The notes under the pieces are model-generated. The model was not told where the DNA came from, did no database searches, and was given only the letters and a program-made list of their open reading frames with translations. The translations under genes were made by a program, and so were the position numbers. 59,522 nucleotides of DNA, from IMG/VR virus record IMGVR_UViG_3300020048_000045; one strand, 5' to 3'. Each line of letters opens with the position of its first letter. Position 1 is the stretch's first letter. Below are positions 27,534-35,219 of the stretch, piece after piece. The DNA comes from an uncultured virus (IMG/VR IMGVR_UViG_3300020048_000045) (taxonomy: Duplodnaviria; Heunggongvirae; Uroviricota; Caudoviricetes).

Positions 27534-27774
27534 TTTGTTTGGGTTTTAAAAGTTTATAATACTACTGCATCAGAATCTCGCTCGTGATATCCTTACAGCA
27601 GTACGACCAGGCTATTGATGACCCTGGCTTAATAGAGATAATAATACACACTGTAGCGTCAATGTGTTTCCTATATAATATAGCTTTAGATGTTCAAGCT
27701 AATTACAATCATCAGTGTTAATACCATGATTATGAGCCCAAACCACAGCATACATTCGTGATAGCTAGTCTTTT

Positions 27775-28038
27775 TCATTGTAAGAGTCTTCCAAAGGTTG
27801 TATTAACAGTGTCACCTACTTCGTATGGGAGATCTGTACTCCAGAAATATAAATTTTTAGGAGCATTGATCGTATGTACTCTGAATCGTCTATATATGAC
27901 AGCTTTGTCAACATACTTATCAAGTACGATCTTTACAGGCATATTAGCCCTGGTTCCACTCTTGCTCTCACATGAGAAGAGCATTGTGATGGCCACACAA
28001 AACAGTATGACCATCAATGTAAATAGTTTACGATTCAT
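27775..28038 (-). CDS. Hypothetical lipoprotein
   Basis: Signal peptide ending LFSC. Confidence 0.55.
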   Translation of the reverse strand: MNRKLFTLMVILFCVAITMLFSCESKSGTRANMPVKIVLDKYVDKAVIYRRFRVHTINAPKNLYFWSTDLPYEVGDTVNTTFGRLLQ

Positions 28039-28357
28039 CTTTTCTCTCCTTTTCTAAGAGTTCAACGTATTTGTTAATAACATCCTCCTGTGCAGCAGTA
28101 TCCAACATCTGGATGAATTCATCAAGTGGTTGTGTCAGGTGCTTGAGGCTGAATATGCCATCCTCCATAAATACAATCTTAGTTGCATTCTTAAGGATCG
28201 TGTATTTGTTGTCATAGTTAAACCATGACACGTTCTCCCATGGTATTACTCCAATGGGTATAAGTACGTTATCTGTTGTCACAGCGTGTACGCTACGATC
28301 AATCAGCATAATACCACCATCTAATGACAGTATTGTTCCTGGTTCAATTACTTTCAT
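28028..28357 (-). CDS. Hypothetical protein
   Basis: ORF packing. Confidence 0.55.
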   Translation of the reverse strand: MKVIEPGTILSLDGGIMLIDRSVHAVTTDNVLIPIGVIPWENVSWFNYDNKYTILKNATKIVFMEDGIFSLKHLTQPLDEFIQMLDTAAQEDVINKYVELLEKERKDES

Positions 28358-28526
28358 CCTTTGAAATAAATTATCATGTCGTGAATAAATAGAAAGGTAG
28401 GATCTTCTGATATCCTTACGAGATCTAGTCTCTCATAGAATGCATGTGTGGATTTGAAACAAATCCTACCAAGTTTGAAAGGATCATCGACCCTCTCAAA
28501 CCTGTCTGCAGCAGCAATTAAATAGT

Positions 28527-28742
28527 TCATGCCTTCATAAGTTGTAAGTACAAAATAGCACTCATTGAATTAAGACTATTGTATGTTACATTCTGCAGGA
28601 ATTCTGCAGAGAATGGATCCTTTGCAAGACCTGCATTCATACCACCACAGAGAATACTTCCCAGGTTGAATACACTGAAATCAGTTGTACCAAGATCCTT
28701 GGTGATTCTCTCTTTTAATACTTCTAAAGCTCTCTCTTTCAT
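28527..28742 (-). CDS. Small early hypothetical protein
   Basis: Preceded by the repeated 22-bp leader. Confidence 0.55.
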   Translation of the reverse strand: MKERALEVLKERITKDLGTTDFSVFNLGSILCGGMNAGLAKDPFSAEFLQNVTYNSLNSMSAILYLQLMKA

Positions 28743-28752
28743 ATCTCTAAGT

Positions 28753-29048
28753 TTTAATGGGTTTCAAATTGAAAAATAGTAAGCACTTGTAAGCACTTAC
28801 TATTTTCTAAATTGTTAAGAAAGCAATGCAATCTCTTCTTTAAGTCCATTGATGAGCTCTAATTGCTCTCTTACCCACCAATTGAACTCTAAACGTTCCT
28901 GATATGCATCAGATATATCCTCAATATCTTCTGAAGTTACACGAGGAGCCACTGCAGTGTGCAATTCTTGTTCAGCTGCAGCCAATTCTGCTTTCAATTC
29001 TTCCAAAGTTTCCATATATGAAAAGGTTTAATGGGTTTCAAATTGAAA
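28753..29048. repeat. Two copies of 22-bp TTTAATGGGTTTCAAATTGAAA (28753-28774, 29027-29048)
   Basis: Identical direct repeats upstream of consecutive small ORFs; the second abuts an assembly gap. Confidence 0.85.
28815..29015 (-). CDS. Small acidic early hypothetical protein
   Basis: Preceded by the repeated leader and followed by a hairpin. Confidence 0.6.
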   Translation of the reverse strand: METLEELKAELAAAEQELHTAVAPRVTSEDIEDISDAYQERLEFNWWVREQLELINGLKEEIALLS

Positions 29049-29302
29049 NNNNNNNNNNNNNNNNNNNNNNNNNNNNNNNNNNNNNNNNNNNNNNNNNNNN
29101 NNNNNNNNNNNNNNNNNNNNNNNNNNNNNNNNNNNNNNNNNNNNNNNNNNNNNNNNNNNNNNNNNNNNNNNNNNNNNNNNNNNNNNNNNNNNNNNNNNAA
29201 TGATGTGCAAGACTGTTTAGTTCTTGCCAATGCTGAATAGGCATTGTGTCTTGAGGTGTCCCAATGGTAGGCCCATAACTATATTACACACATCATTATA
29301 CT

Positions 29303-29542
29303 TTAATCTTCGAATTCAATACTGAGAAAGAATCCTTCTCCATCAGGTGTCATACACTCAAGCACACAACCTGGCAACAGTTCTGATGTTATTGTCATCC
29401 CAAAATGATGAGACAACAGTCCATCCTGACATCCCAACAAAGCACTGCCAATGCAGTGCCCATTGGAATAGATCTTCATTCCTATAGCATTCTCTAAGCA
29501 AGTCATGCCATTTGCGTCATTAGTTCCTCTGGATAATTCCAA
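29303..29542 (-). CDS. Hypothetical protein
   Basis: ORF on the coding strand; start may be the internal MTCLEN. Confidence 0.45.
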   Translation of the reverse strand: MELSRGTNDANGMTCLENAIGMKIYSNGHCIGSALLGCQDGLLSHHFGMTITSELLPGCVLECMTPDGEGFFLSIEFED

Positions 29543-29691
29543 CGAATACCCTGACCAGGATAAGTCTTAATCCAACCAACAACAACACCATCTTTCATAA
29601 AATTGATGATGTATACACCATTCTCAGTGGTACGATCCTCTGTTGTATTGCCCATGTTATTCCACATGGCCAAAGCGTCAAATATATCCAT
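29503..29691 (-). CDS. Hypothetical protein
   Basis: AAACCCTTTAATTTACAAG leader. Confidence 0.5.
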   Translation of the reverse strand: MDIFDALAMWNNMGNTTEDRTTENGVYIINFMKDGVVVGWIKTYPGQGIRWNYPEELMTQMA

Positions 29692-29827
29692 ATACTTGTA
29701 AATTAAAGGGTTTGTGATCAGTGAGAGATTCGAACTCTCTTATATGCCTTGCACTTCTCCATTGGCTGATTGAGTGTCACGAGACCATATTGCAAAACTT
29801 TACCTATTGGGAACAACAACCCACCTG

Positions 29828-29865
29828 ATCTAATAATCAACGAGGAATCTAATAATCAACGAGGA
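29828..29865. repeat. Perfect 19-bp tandem duplication ATCTAATAATCAACGAGGA x2
   Basis: Read directly from the sequence. Confidence 0.9.
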
Positions 29866-30041
29866 AACACAAGCCTATATCCCACTTCATTATCCTCATC
29901 AATGAAGCGAACAACAACAACATTATTATCACCCTTGCCCTCAGCTGTGATAACAACACCCTGAAAGTCTCCATTAGAGAGAATATTATCTACCTCTAGA
30001 CGTTCAGACTGTGTAAGCATAGAATAATATTTATTTTCCAT
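29856..30041 (-). CDS. Hypothetical protein
   Basis: 61-aa ORF on the coding strand. Confidence 0.55.
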   Translation of the reverse strand: MENKYYSMLTQSERLEVDNILSNGDFQGVVITAEGKGDNNVVVVRFIDEDNEVGYRLVFPR

Positions 30042-30087
30042 AAGACTCTCTCTCTCTATAGTAACAAAAGACTAACGTTAATGCCAT

Positions 30088-30132
30088 AAAAGTAATAATG
30101 CCTGCTGAAGATTCAGGATCCTCAGCAAGCAT
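30088..30132 (-). terminator. 15-bp hairpin with T-rich tail
   Basis: ATGCTTGCTGAGGAT/ATCTTCAGCAGGCAT then TATTACTTTT. Confidence 0.6.
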
Positions 30133-30206
30133 ATTATTTTAGGCTATGGGTGACACCTCTCACTGTTCGTTCTCATTATCAAACAGTTACAATAAGCAGC
30201 ACAGAA

Positions 30207-30341
30207 GCTAAGAGGCACTCATAGTCATTACTAACCACGATAAAACTAAATATATATTAACCCAAACCATCGAGAACATTTAAAAATCCCCGAGGTAAAC
30301 TTTTTCACTGAGTTAATATATCGTTAGTTTAGCCTCTCAGC
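30207..30341 (-). ncRNA. Candidate three-way-junction ncRNA
   Basis: GCTGAGAGGC/GCCTCTTAGC closing stem, long ATATATTAACTCA/TGGGTTAATATAT arm, GTAA-capped side hairpin; G-U pairs work only on the minus strand. Confidence 0.6.
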
Positions 30342-30378
30342 ACCTATATAACCCCAACTAAGGGCCCCAAAGGGGCTC

Positions 30379-30783
30379 TTAGAAGGCAATCAGATCATCG
30401 TGCTCCACTGGCTCAACTGTTCTTTCGAACGCAACAGCCTTAGTCGCACCCACTGCAACTTCGATCAAGTCACCAGTCGCAACTGTTGGAAGAACGATAA
30501 CGTTAATCATGTCACCACTCCTGGTCAATTGCTCGGTGACTTGGAAGCCAATCAAGTGAGAAATCTTGACTTCCTTGCTCCTGACCATCTCAGAAAGCTT
30601 TTCGCTACAGAGAACCATGTCACTGTCGCCATTAGCCTTTTCGATGATCACTGCAACACGCTTGCCTTCATCAGCAAGATTCTTGGGAATGAACTTAATC
30701 TTGCCACCCTTGCCTGCCAAAGATGCAACTGTTCCCAACTCAACTCTGTCTTCTCTTTCGTACTTTTTAAAATTTAGTGCCAT
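30379..30783 (-). CDS. Hypothetical protein, first gene of the leftward arm
   Basis: 134 aa with acidic-aromatic tail (DDLIAF). Confidence 0.7.
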   Translation of the reverse strand: MALNFKKYEREDRVELGTVASLAGKGGKIKFIPKNLADEGKRVAVIIEKANGDSDMVLCSEKLSEMVRSKEVKISHLIGFQVTEQLTRSGDMINVIVLPTVATGDLIEVAVGATKAVAFERTVEPVEHDDLIAF

Positions 30784-30978
30784 AACTCAAATGATGATTA
30801 ATGGTGGGGAGGGTACCCCCGTTTGCCCAACTTTGCGTGGGGTTGCTGCTGGAAGTGGTCTCCCTTCACGTTCACACAAAAGATTTTTGAATAGGGGGTG
30901 ACGGGGGGTGATGTAATAGCAGTTATACAGGGAATGGAATTGTCCTCTGGAAAAAAAATAAAAAAATGTAAAATTTTG

Positions 30979-31011
30979 TTTGGAAATCTCCTTCGGAAGT
31001 TTGTACCTTTG
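30979..31011 (+). promoter_or_regulatory. Bacteroidota primary-sigma promoter for the rightward arm
   Basis: TTTG-N21-TACCTTTG, a full consensus match; second -7 box TATCTTTG at 31121-31128. Confidence 0.7.
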
Positions 31012-31145
31012 GGGTGGGTGGAGGGAGGATGATTATAGATTCCCTTTATAAGATGATAAAAAATCACATAATATGGCTATTGGATGTATAAAGTATAACG
31101 AATTCTGTTAGAAATTTATATATCTTTGTCATAAGTAAACTAAAT

Positions 31146-31505
31146 ATGACCAACAAGATTATTTTACAGAAGCTGAAATGTACATCAGAGGACAATTATG
31201 TTCTTGCTGAGAAGTATTACAGCATTCTGTCAGCTCTGAATGATCTGAAGCTGACACAGAGGGAGGTCCAGCTTGTGGCCTTTACAGCCGTCAGGGGAAA
31301 CATGTCTTATGCTAATGTGAAGGAGGAGTTTTGTAAGAGGTACAATTCATCCTCTCCCACAATTTCTAATATTGTTTCCAAGCTGAAGAAGATGCATGTA
31401 TTCGTTAAGGATGGGGGAAAGATAAAGGTGAATCCCATGATTGCTTTAAATTTTAATTCAGATGTACGTCTGGAAATAAATCTGACACATGGACAAACCA
31501 ATTAG
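31146..31505 (+). CDS. Winged-HTH DNA-binding protein
   Basis: LTQREVQLV...SSPTISNIVSKLKKMHVF pattern. Confidence 0.6.
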   Translation: MTNKIILQKLKCTSEDNYVLAEKYYSILSALNDLKLTQREVQLVAFTAVRGNMSYANVKEEFCKRYNSSSPTISNIVSKLKKMHVFVKDGGKIKVNPMIALNFNSDVRLEINLTHGQTN

Positions 31506-31836
31506 TCTTTCTGTAAAGAATTTTCTTATACGAAGGATGTCTGTTGATATGGCCATTCCTGAGAAGGTGATTGAAGCTGTTGTTAATCATCAGTTCAATG
31601 CTATGCTGGATGCCATGTCTACATGTAATAGTGTAGAGCTTTCTGGATTTGGGAAGTTTCTATTTAACAGTAAGAAAGCTGCAAGGGAGATGCAGAAGCA
31701 GCTGGTCTATAAGCAGGCTTGTGAAAACCTTCTCTCACAAGAGCTTACAGAACAAAAAAGGAAGAGTGTCCAGGCAAAGCTGGATACAGTGGAAGCAAAT
31801 ATTGCAGCGTTAAAACCAAAACTACATGAAGATTAA
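31489..31836 (+). CDS. HU/IHF-like DNA-binding protein
   Basis: SVELSGFGKF motif. Confidence 0.65.
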   Translation: MDKPISLSVKNFLIRRMSVDMAIPEKVIEAVVNHQFNAMLDAMSTCNSVELSGFGKFLFNSKKAAREMQKQLVYKQACENLLSQELTEQKRKSVQAKLDTVEANIAALKPKLHED

Positions 31837-32122
31837 TTTTAGGGAGATTTATGAGGGATGGAGGAATCACTTGGTTCCTCCAGAGCATTTAAAACAAAAG
31901 ATCAACGAGGTGTCAAAAGAAAGGCTGGAGATATGTAGGGCGTGTGCCTTTCATTCCAGTAATTTTCACACTCCTTTCAGGCCAGATGAACATTGCACGG
32001 ATTGTGGATGTCCATTGAGGGCGAAGACAAAGTGCCTGTCATGTGGATGTGATCAGCATCAATGGGAAGCTGTCATTACAGAAGAAGAAGAAGAATCTCT
32101 TAATAACGAAGATAATGAGTAA
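31826..32122 (+). CDS. Zn-binding hypothetical protein
   Basis: RLEICRAC...CTDCGCPLRAKT...C. Confidence 0.65.
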   Translation: MKINFREIYEGWRNHLVPPEHLKQKINEVSKERLEICRACAFHSSNFHTPFRPDEHCTDCGCPLRAKTKCLSCGCDQHQWEAVITEEEEESLNNEDNE

Positions 32123-32396
32123 GCAATTGAAGATTAGAATGATTCCTTTAGGGCACTTCATTGATACACTCATACAGATATATAATTCTGGAGCTGATTT
32201 CATTGATCTTGTAGGAGATCCTGCAGAAATGCAGGACAAGCTTGGGATCTTTGTGAAACAGGAATACATTAATAATAATAGGACAGAGGAGGAGACATAC
32301 ATTTTTGGATTTGAAGAAGAGTCTCCAGAGCAAAAGGAAGCAGATATAAAGATGCTTACAGATGATGATATAAACCAACTTTTAAATGATGAATAA
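32115..32396 (+). CDS. Hypothetical acidic protein
   Basis: Start taken at MSKQLK; overlaps neighbours. Confidence 0.6.
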   Translation: MSKQLKIRMIPLGHFIDTLIQIYNSGADFIDLVGDPAEMQDKLGIFVKQEYINNNRTEEETYIFGFEEESPEQKEADIKMLTDDDINQLLNDE

Positions 32397-32574
32397 TACA
32401 GCAACACAGGACGCATTTGCCGTCATTAGGGAATTGGCAGCTTTGTCTGCCACAAATGGTATCTCACAGGAAAATGTGATTGAGGCCAACAATATTATCA
32501 ACAAACTTTTGACAAAGGTGATTGAGCCAGCAGTACAAAAGCTTACAGCGACAAGTGTAGGATTGAAATTATGA
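32386..32574 (+). CDS. Hypothetical protein
   Basis: ORF packing. Confidence 0.55.
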   Translation: MMNNTATQDAFAVIRELAALSATNGISQENVIEANNIINKLLTKVIEPAVQKLTATSVGLKL

Positions 32575-32855
32575 AAGACTACTACAATAGGATTTTGGCT
32601 TCGCTCACAAAACTAAAGGAGCTCTATCCTAAGTATAATATGGGAAGGCATCTTGCCACCATATTGGATGATCAAGGTGACGTGTGGGGAATGACAGATA
32701 AAGCTCTGTTAAACGCTGTTGATGATTATATGAAGGCCCTGGTTCTTGACAAACCCCATGAAGACCAGGAAATTGAACAAATAATTAATGAGGGTCTGCA
32801 TCTGGACAGATATAAGTTGACAGAAGACCTGGATCCTCCAGAGGAAATATTCTAA
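32571..32855 (+). CDS. Hypothetical protein
   Basis: ORF packing. Confidence 0.6.
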   Translation: MKDYYNRILASLTKLKELYPKYNMGRHLATILDDQGDVWGMTDKALLNAVDDYMKALVLDKPHEDQEIEQIINEGLHLDRYKLTEDLDPPEEIF

Positions 32856-33166
32856 TGGCAGTAAAGAAGAATACATATATAGGGACAGAATTAGACTGGG
32901 CTGAACAACAACTACAAACTTGGAGAGCTTATGTGGATGCAAATCCTCTTCATGAATTGAAGGACAGGATTGAATGGAAGCAGACCAAGACAGGCATGAT
33001 GCCAATGGTGGTTGCTTCAATTGAGCAGCAAGGGAAGTTCATACAGGATACGATGAAAAACTATCTTGCTCTTCTTGAGGTGGTTAACAATCTACGTGAA
33101 AAGGAAGAAGCGAAGAAGGAAGCAAGAGGAAGAGCTGAGGTTCCCCATAGAATGCAAAATTCCTAA
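32855..33166 (+). CDS. Possible terminase small subunit
   Basis: Position immediately upstream of TerL; helical; inferred from synteny only. Confidence 0.4.
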   Translation: MAVKKNTYIGTELDWAEQQLQTWRAYVDANPLHELKDRIEWKQTKTGMMPMVVASIEQQGKFIQDTMKNYLALLEVVNNLREKEEAKKEARGRAEVPHRMQNS

Positions 33167-33188
33167 ATTGCAGCATATTTAATGCACA

Positions 33189-35219
33189 ATGGAAATAAAA
33201 AGTGACGAGTTCTTCAGAAACATGAAAAAGCTTCCTCCTCCTGGAACACAGGAGTTCGAAGACTTGATCAAGTGGGAAGAAGAGAAAATTAAGGGTGGGA
33301 TTACAGTCAATGGTGTATATTTTTCTGGCTGGCTCTACTGGCATCTTAATCATTGGAAGATTAGACTTGACCAGTTGGATCAGTATGGTAATGACATAAG
33401 GATAGAAAGTCTTCCTGATCTACGTGATAATGAGTGGATTAGGGCAGAAGCACTGGAACAGTGCAGAATTCAGAAGAAAGGATATATGGAGGTGGGCGGT
33501 AGGCAAGGTGGGAAGTCTGAAATGGAGGCTTCCTATTTTGGTATGAACGCCATCATGTATCAGAACACACAGAATGTTATTGTGTGTGGTAATGATAACG
33601 ACTTGTCTCTTCTCAAGGATAAGGTGGACTTTGGCCTGAAGAATCTATGGGAAGGATTGAACATACCACGTTTGGACAAAACATGGAGACTGAATCAGAT
33701 TAGGCTTGGATATAAGAAGCCAAGTGGTGATGACGAAGTGTGGAGTTATATTGTTATTCGTAATGCAAACGATGGTCGCAACACAGAGGTTGCAGCTGGT
33801 ACAACGGCAAGAACATTTATAATGGATGAGGTGGGGAAATATGCCTTTGCATCATCATTCAAAGCTGCTGAACCAGCATTTAAAGGGAAATTTGGTTGGA
33901 GGGCTGTTCCAATTCTTGTAGGAACAGGAGGATCGTTCGAGAATGGCAGGGATGCAGAGAACTTCTTCTATAACCCAGATGCCAACAACTTCCTGGCTTA
34001 TGAATATGAGGGGACAAAGATGAAGAGTGCACTATTCCTCTCTGGTCTGTATAGACAGGATTGTAAAGAGGAAATGCCTCTGAGTCAATGGTTTAGAGAA
34101 GAACGAGGGATGGATGTATCTGATCACTCAGAACTGGGTAAGATTATGATATATGCTTCCAATAAGGAAAAGGCAAAGGCTCTGATTGAAAAAGAAAGGA
34201 TCAATGCCAAGACAAACCCTGACAGGGCCCTCTATCTGAAACAAAAGATGTATTATCCTCTTACAGTGGAGGAATGTTTTCTTAGGGATAGCAACAACAT
34301 CTTTGATACAGAAGCAGCCAAGCGTCAAAAGTTCAGATTACAAGAGCAGGGAAAGACAGGAGTTCCTGTTATCCTTATACATAATGGTGAGAAAGTTGTT
34401 CATGAGTTCACAGATAAGCAGCCCATAAGTAATTTTCCATTAAGAAGTTCTGATAATAAAGATGCCCCCGTTGTGATTTATGAGTTTCCTGTGGAAAATC
34501 CACCTTATGGGCTGTATGTGGCTGGTGTGGACCCCTATCGTCAGGGACAGAGTGCCTATAGTCAATCCCTGGGATCAGTATACATATATAAGAGGATGCA
34601 TGATATTGCTGGAGAGAAGTACCAGGACATGTTTGTTGCTTCTTATTGTGCACGTCCAGACAAGAAGGAGACATGGGAAGAGCAGGCTCGATATTTGATT
34701 AAATACTACAATGCCAGGACCCTCTGTGAGAATGATGATATTTCGTTCATTGAATATATGAAAGCCAAGGGAGATGGCCATTACCTGGAGAAACAACCCC
34801 AGTGGCTGATGGAGATTGTCCCAAATACTACTGTTAAACGGGAGTATGGTGTGCATCGTAGTTCACAGAAGATTATTGACTATTTGCACACATGCTTTAA
34901 GAAATACATGGAGGAGATCATTTACACTGAGAAGAATGATAATGGGGAGGTCACCAGAGAGCTTACAGGCATCACTCGCATATTCGATCCTGTCCTTCTG
35001 GAAGAGGTGATACAATATGATGATGAAGGAAACTTTGACCGTATCATTGCTGCAGAGCTTGCTGTCGCCCAGGCACTCAGAATGGATCCCATAATGGGAA
35101 AGATAGGAGGATCAGGAGATCCAAGAGTTGAATCGTTATTTACTAAACGACCTAAGACTCATTTGTTTACAGATTCAAGAGGAATATTCCAGAGACCAAA
35201 ACATAAATTATTTACATAA
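33189..35219 (+). CDS. terL: Terminase large subunit
   Basis: GGRQGGKS Walker A, FIMDEVG Walker B, GTGG coupling motif, YVAGVDPY RNase H-fold nuclease, GNFDRI. Confidence 0.92.
   Translation: MEIKSDEFFRNMKKLPPPGTQEFEDLIKWEEEKIKGGITVNGVYFSGWLYWHLNHWKIRLDQLDQYGNDIRIESLPDLRDNEWIRAEALEQCRIQKKGYMEVGGRQGGKSEMEASYFGMNAIMYQNTQNVIVCGNDNDLSLLKDKVDFGLKNLWEGLNIPRLDKTWRLNQIRLGYKKPSGDDEVWSYIVIRNANDGRNTEVAAGTTARTFIMDEVGKYAFASSFKAAEPAFKGKFGWRAVPILVGTGGSFENGRDAENFFYNPDANNFLAYEYEGTKMKSALFLSGLYRQDCKEEMPLSQWFREERGMDVSDHSELGKIMIYASNKEKAKALIEKERINAKTNPDRALYLKQKMYYPLTVEECFLRDSNNIFDTEAAKRQKFRLQEQGKTGVPVILIHNGEKVVHEFTDKQPISNFPLRSSDNKDAPVVIYEFPVENPPYGLYVAGVDPYRQGQSAYSQSLGSVYIYKRMHDIAGEKYQDMFVASYCARPDKKETWEEQARYLIKYYNARTLCENDDISFIEYMKAKGDGHYLEKQPQWLMEIVPNTTVKREYGVHRSSQKIIDYLHTCFKKYMEEIIYTEKNDNGEVTRELTGITRIFDPVLLEEVIQYDDEGNFDRIIAAELAVAQALRMDPIMGKIGGSGDPRVESLFTKRPKTHLFTDSRGIFQRPKHKLFT

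Noticed and set aside
28753..29198. CRISPR array
   Set aside because: Only two repeat copies, ~250 nt apart with an ORF between them; no cas genes; the gap hides only 150 nt
33189..35219. Intein or intron in TerL, PolB or DnaB
   Set aside because: Lengths are normal and motifs contiguous; no intein splice motifs or intron cores seen
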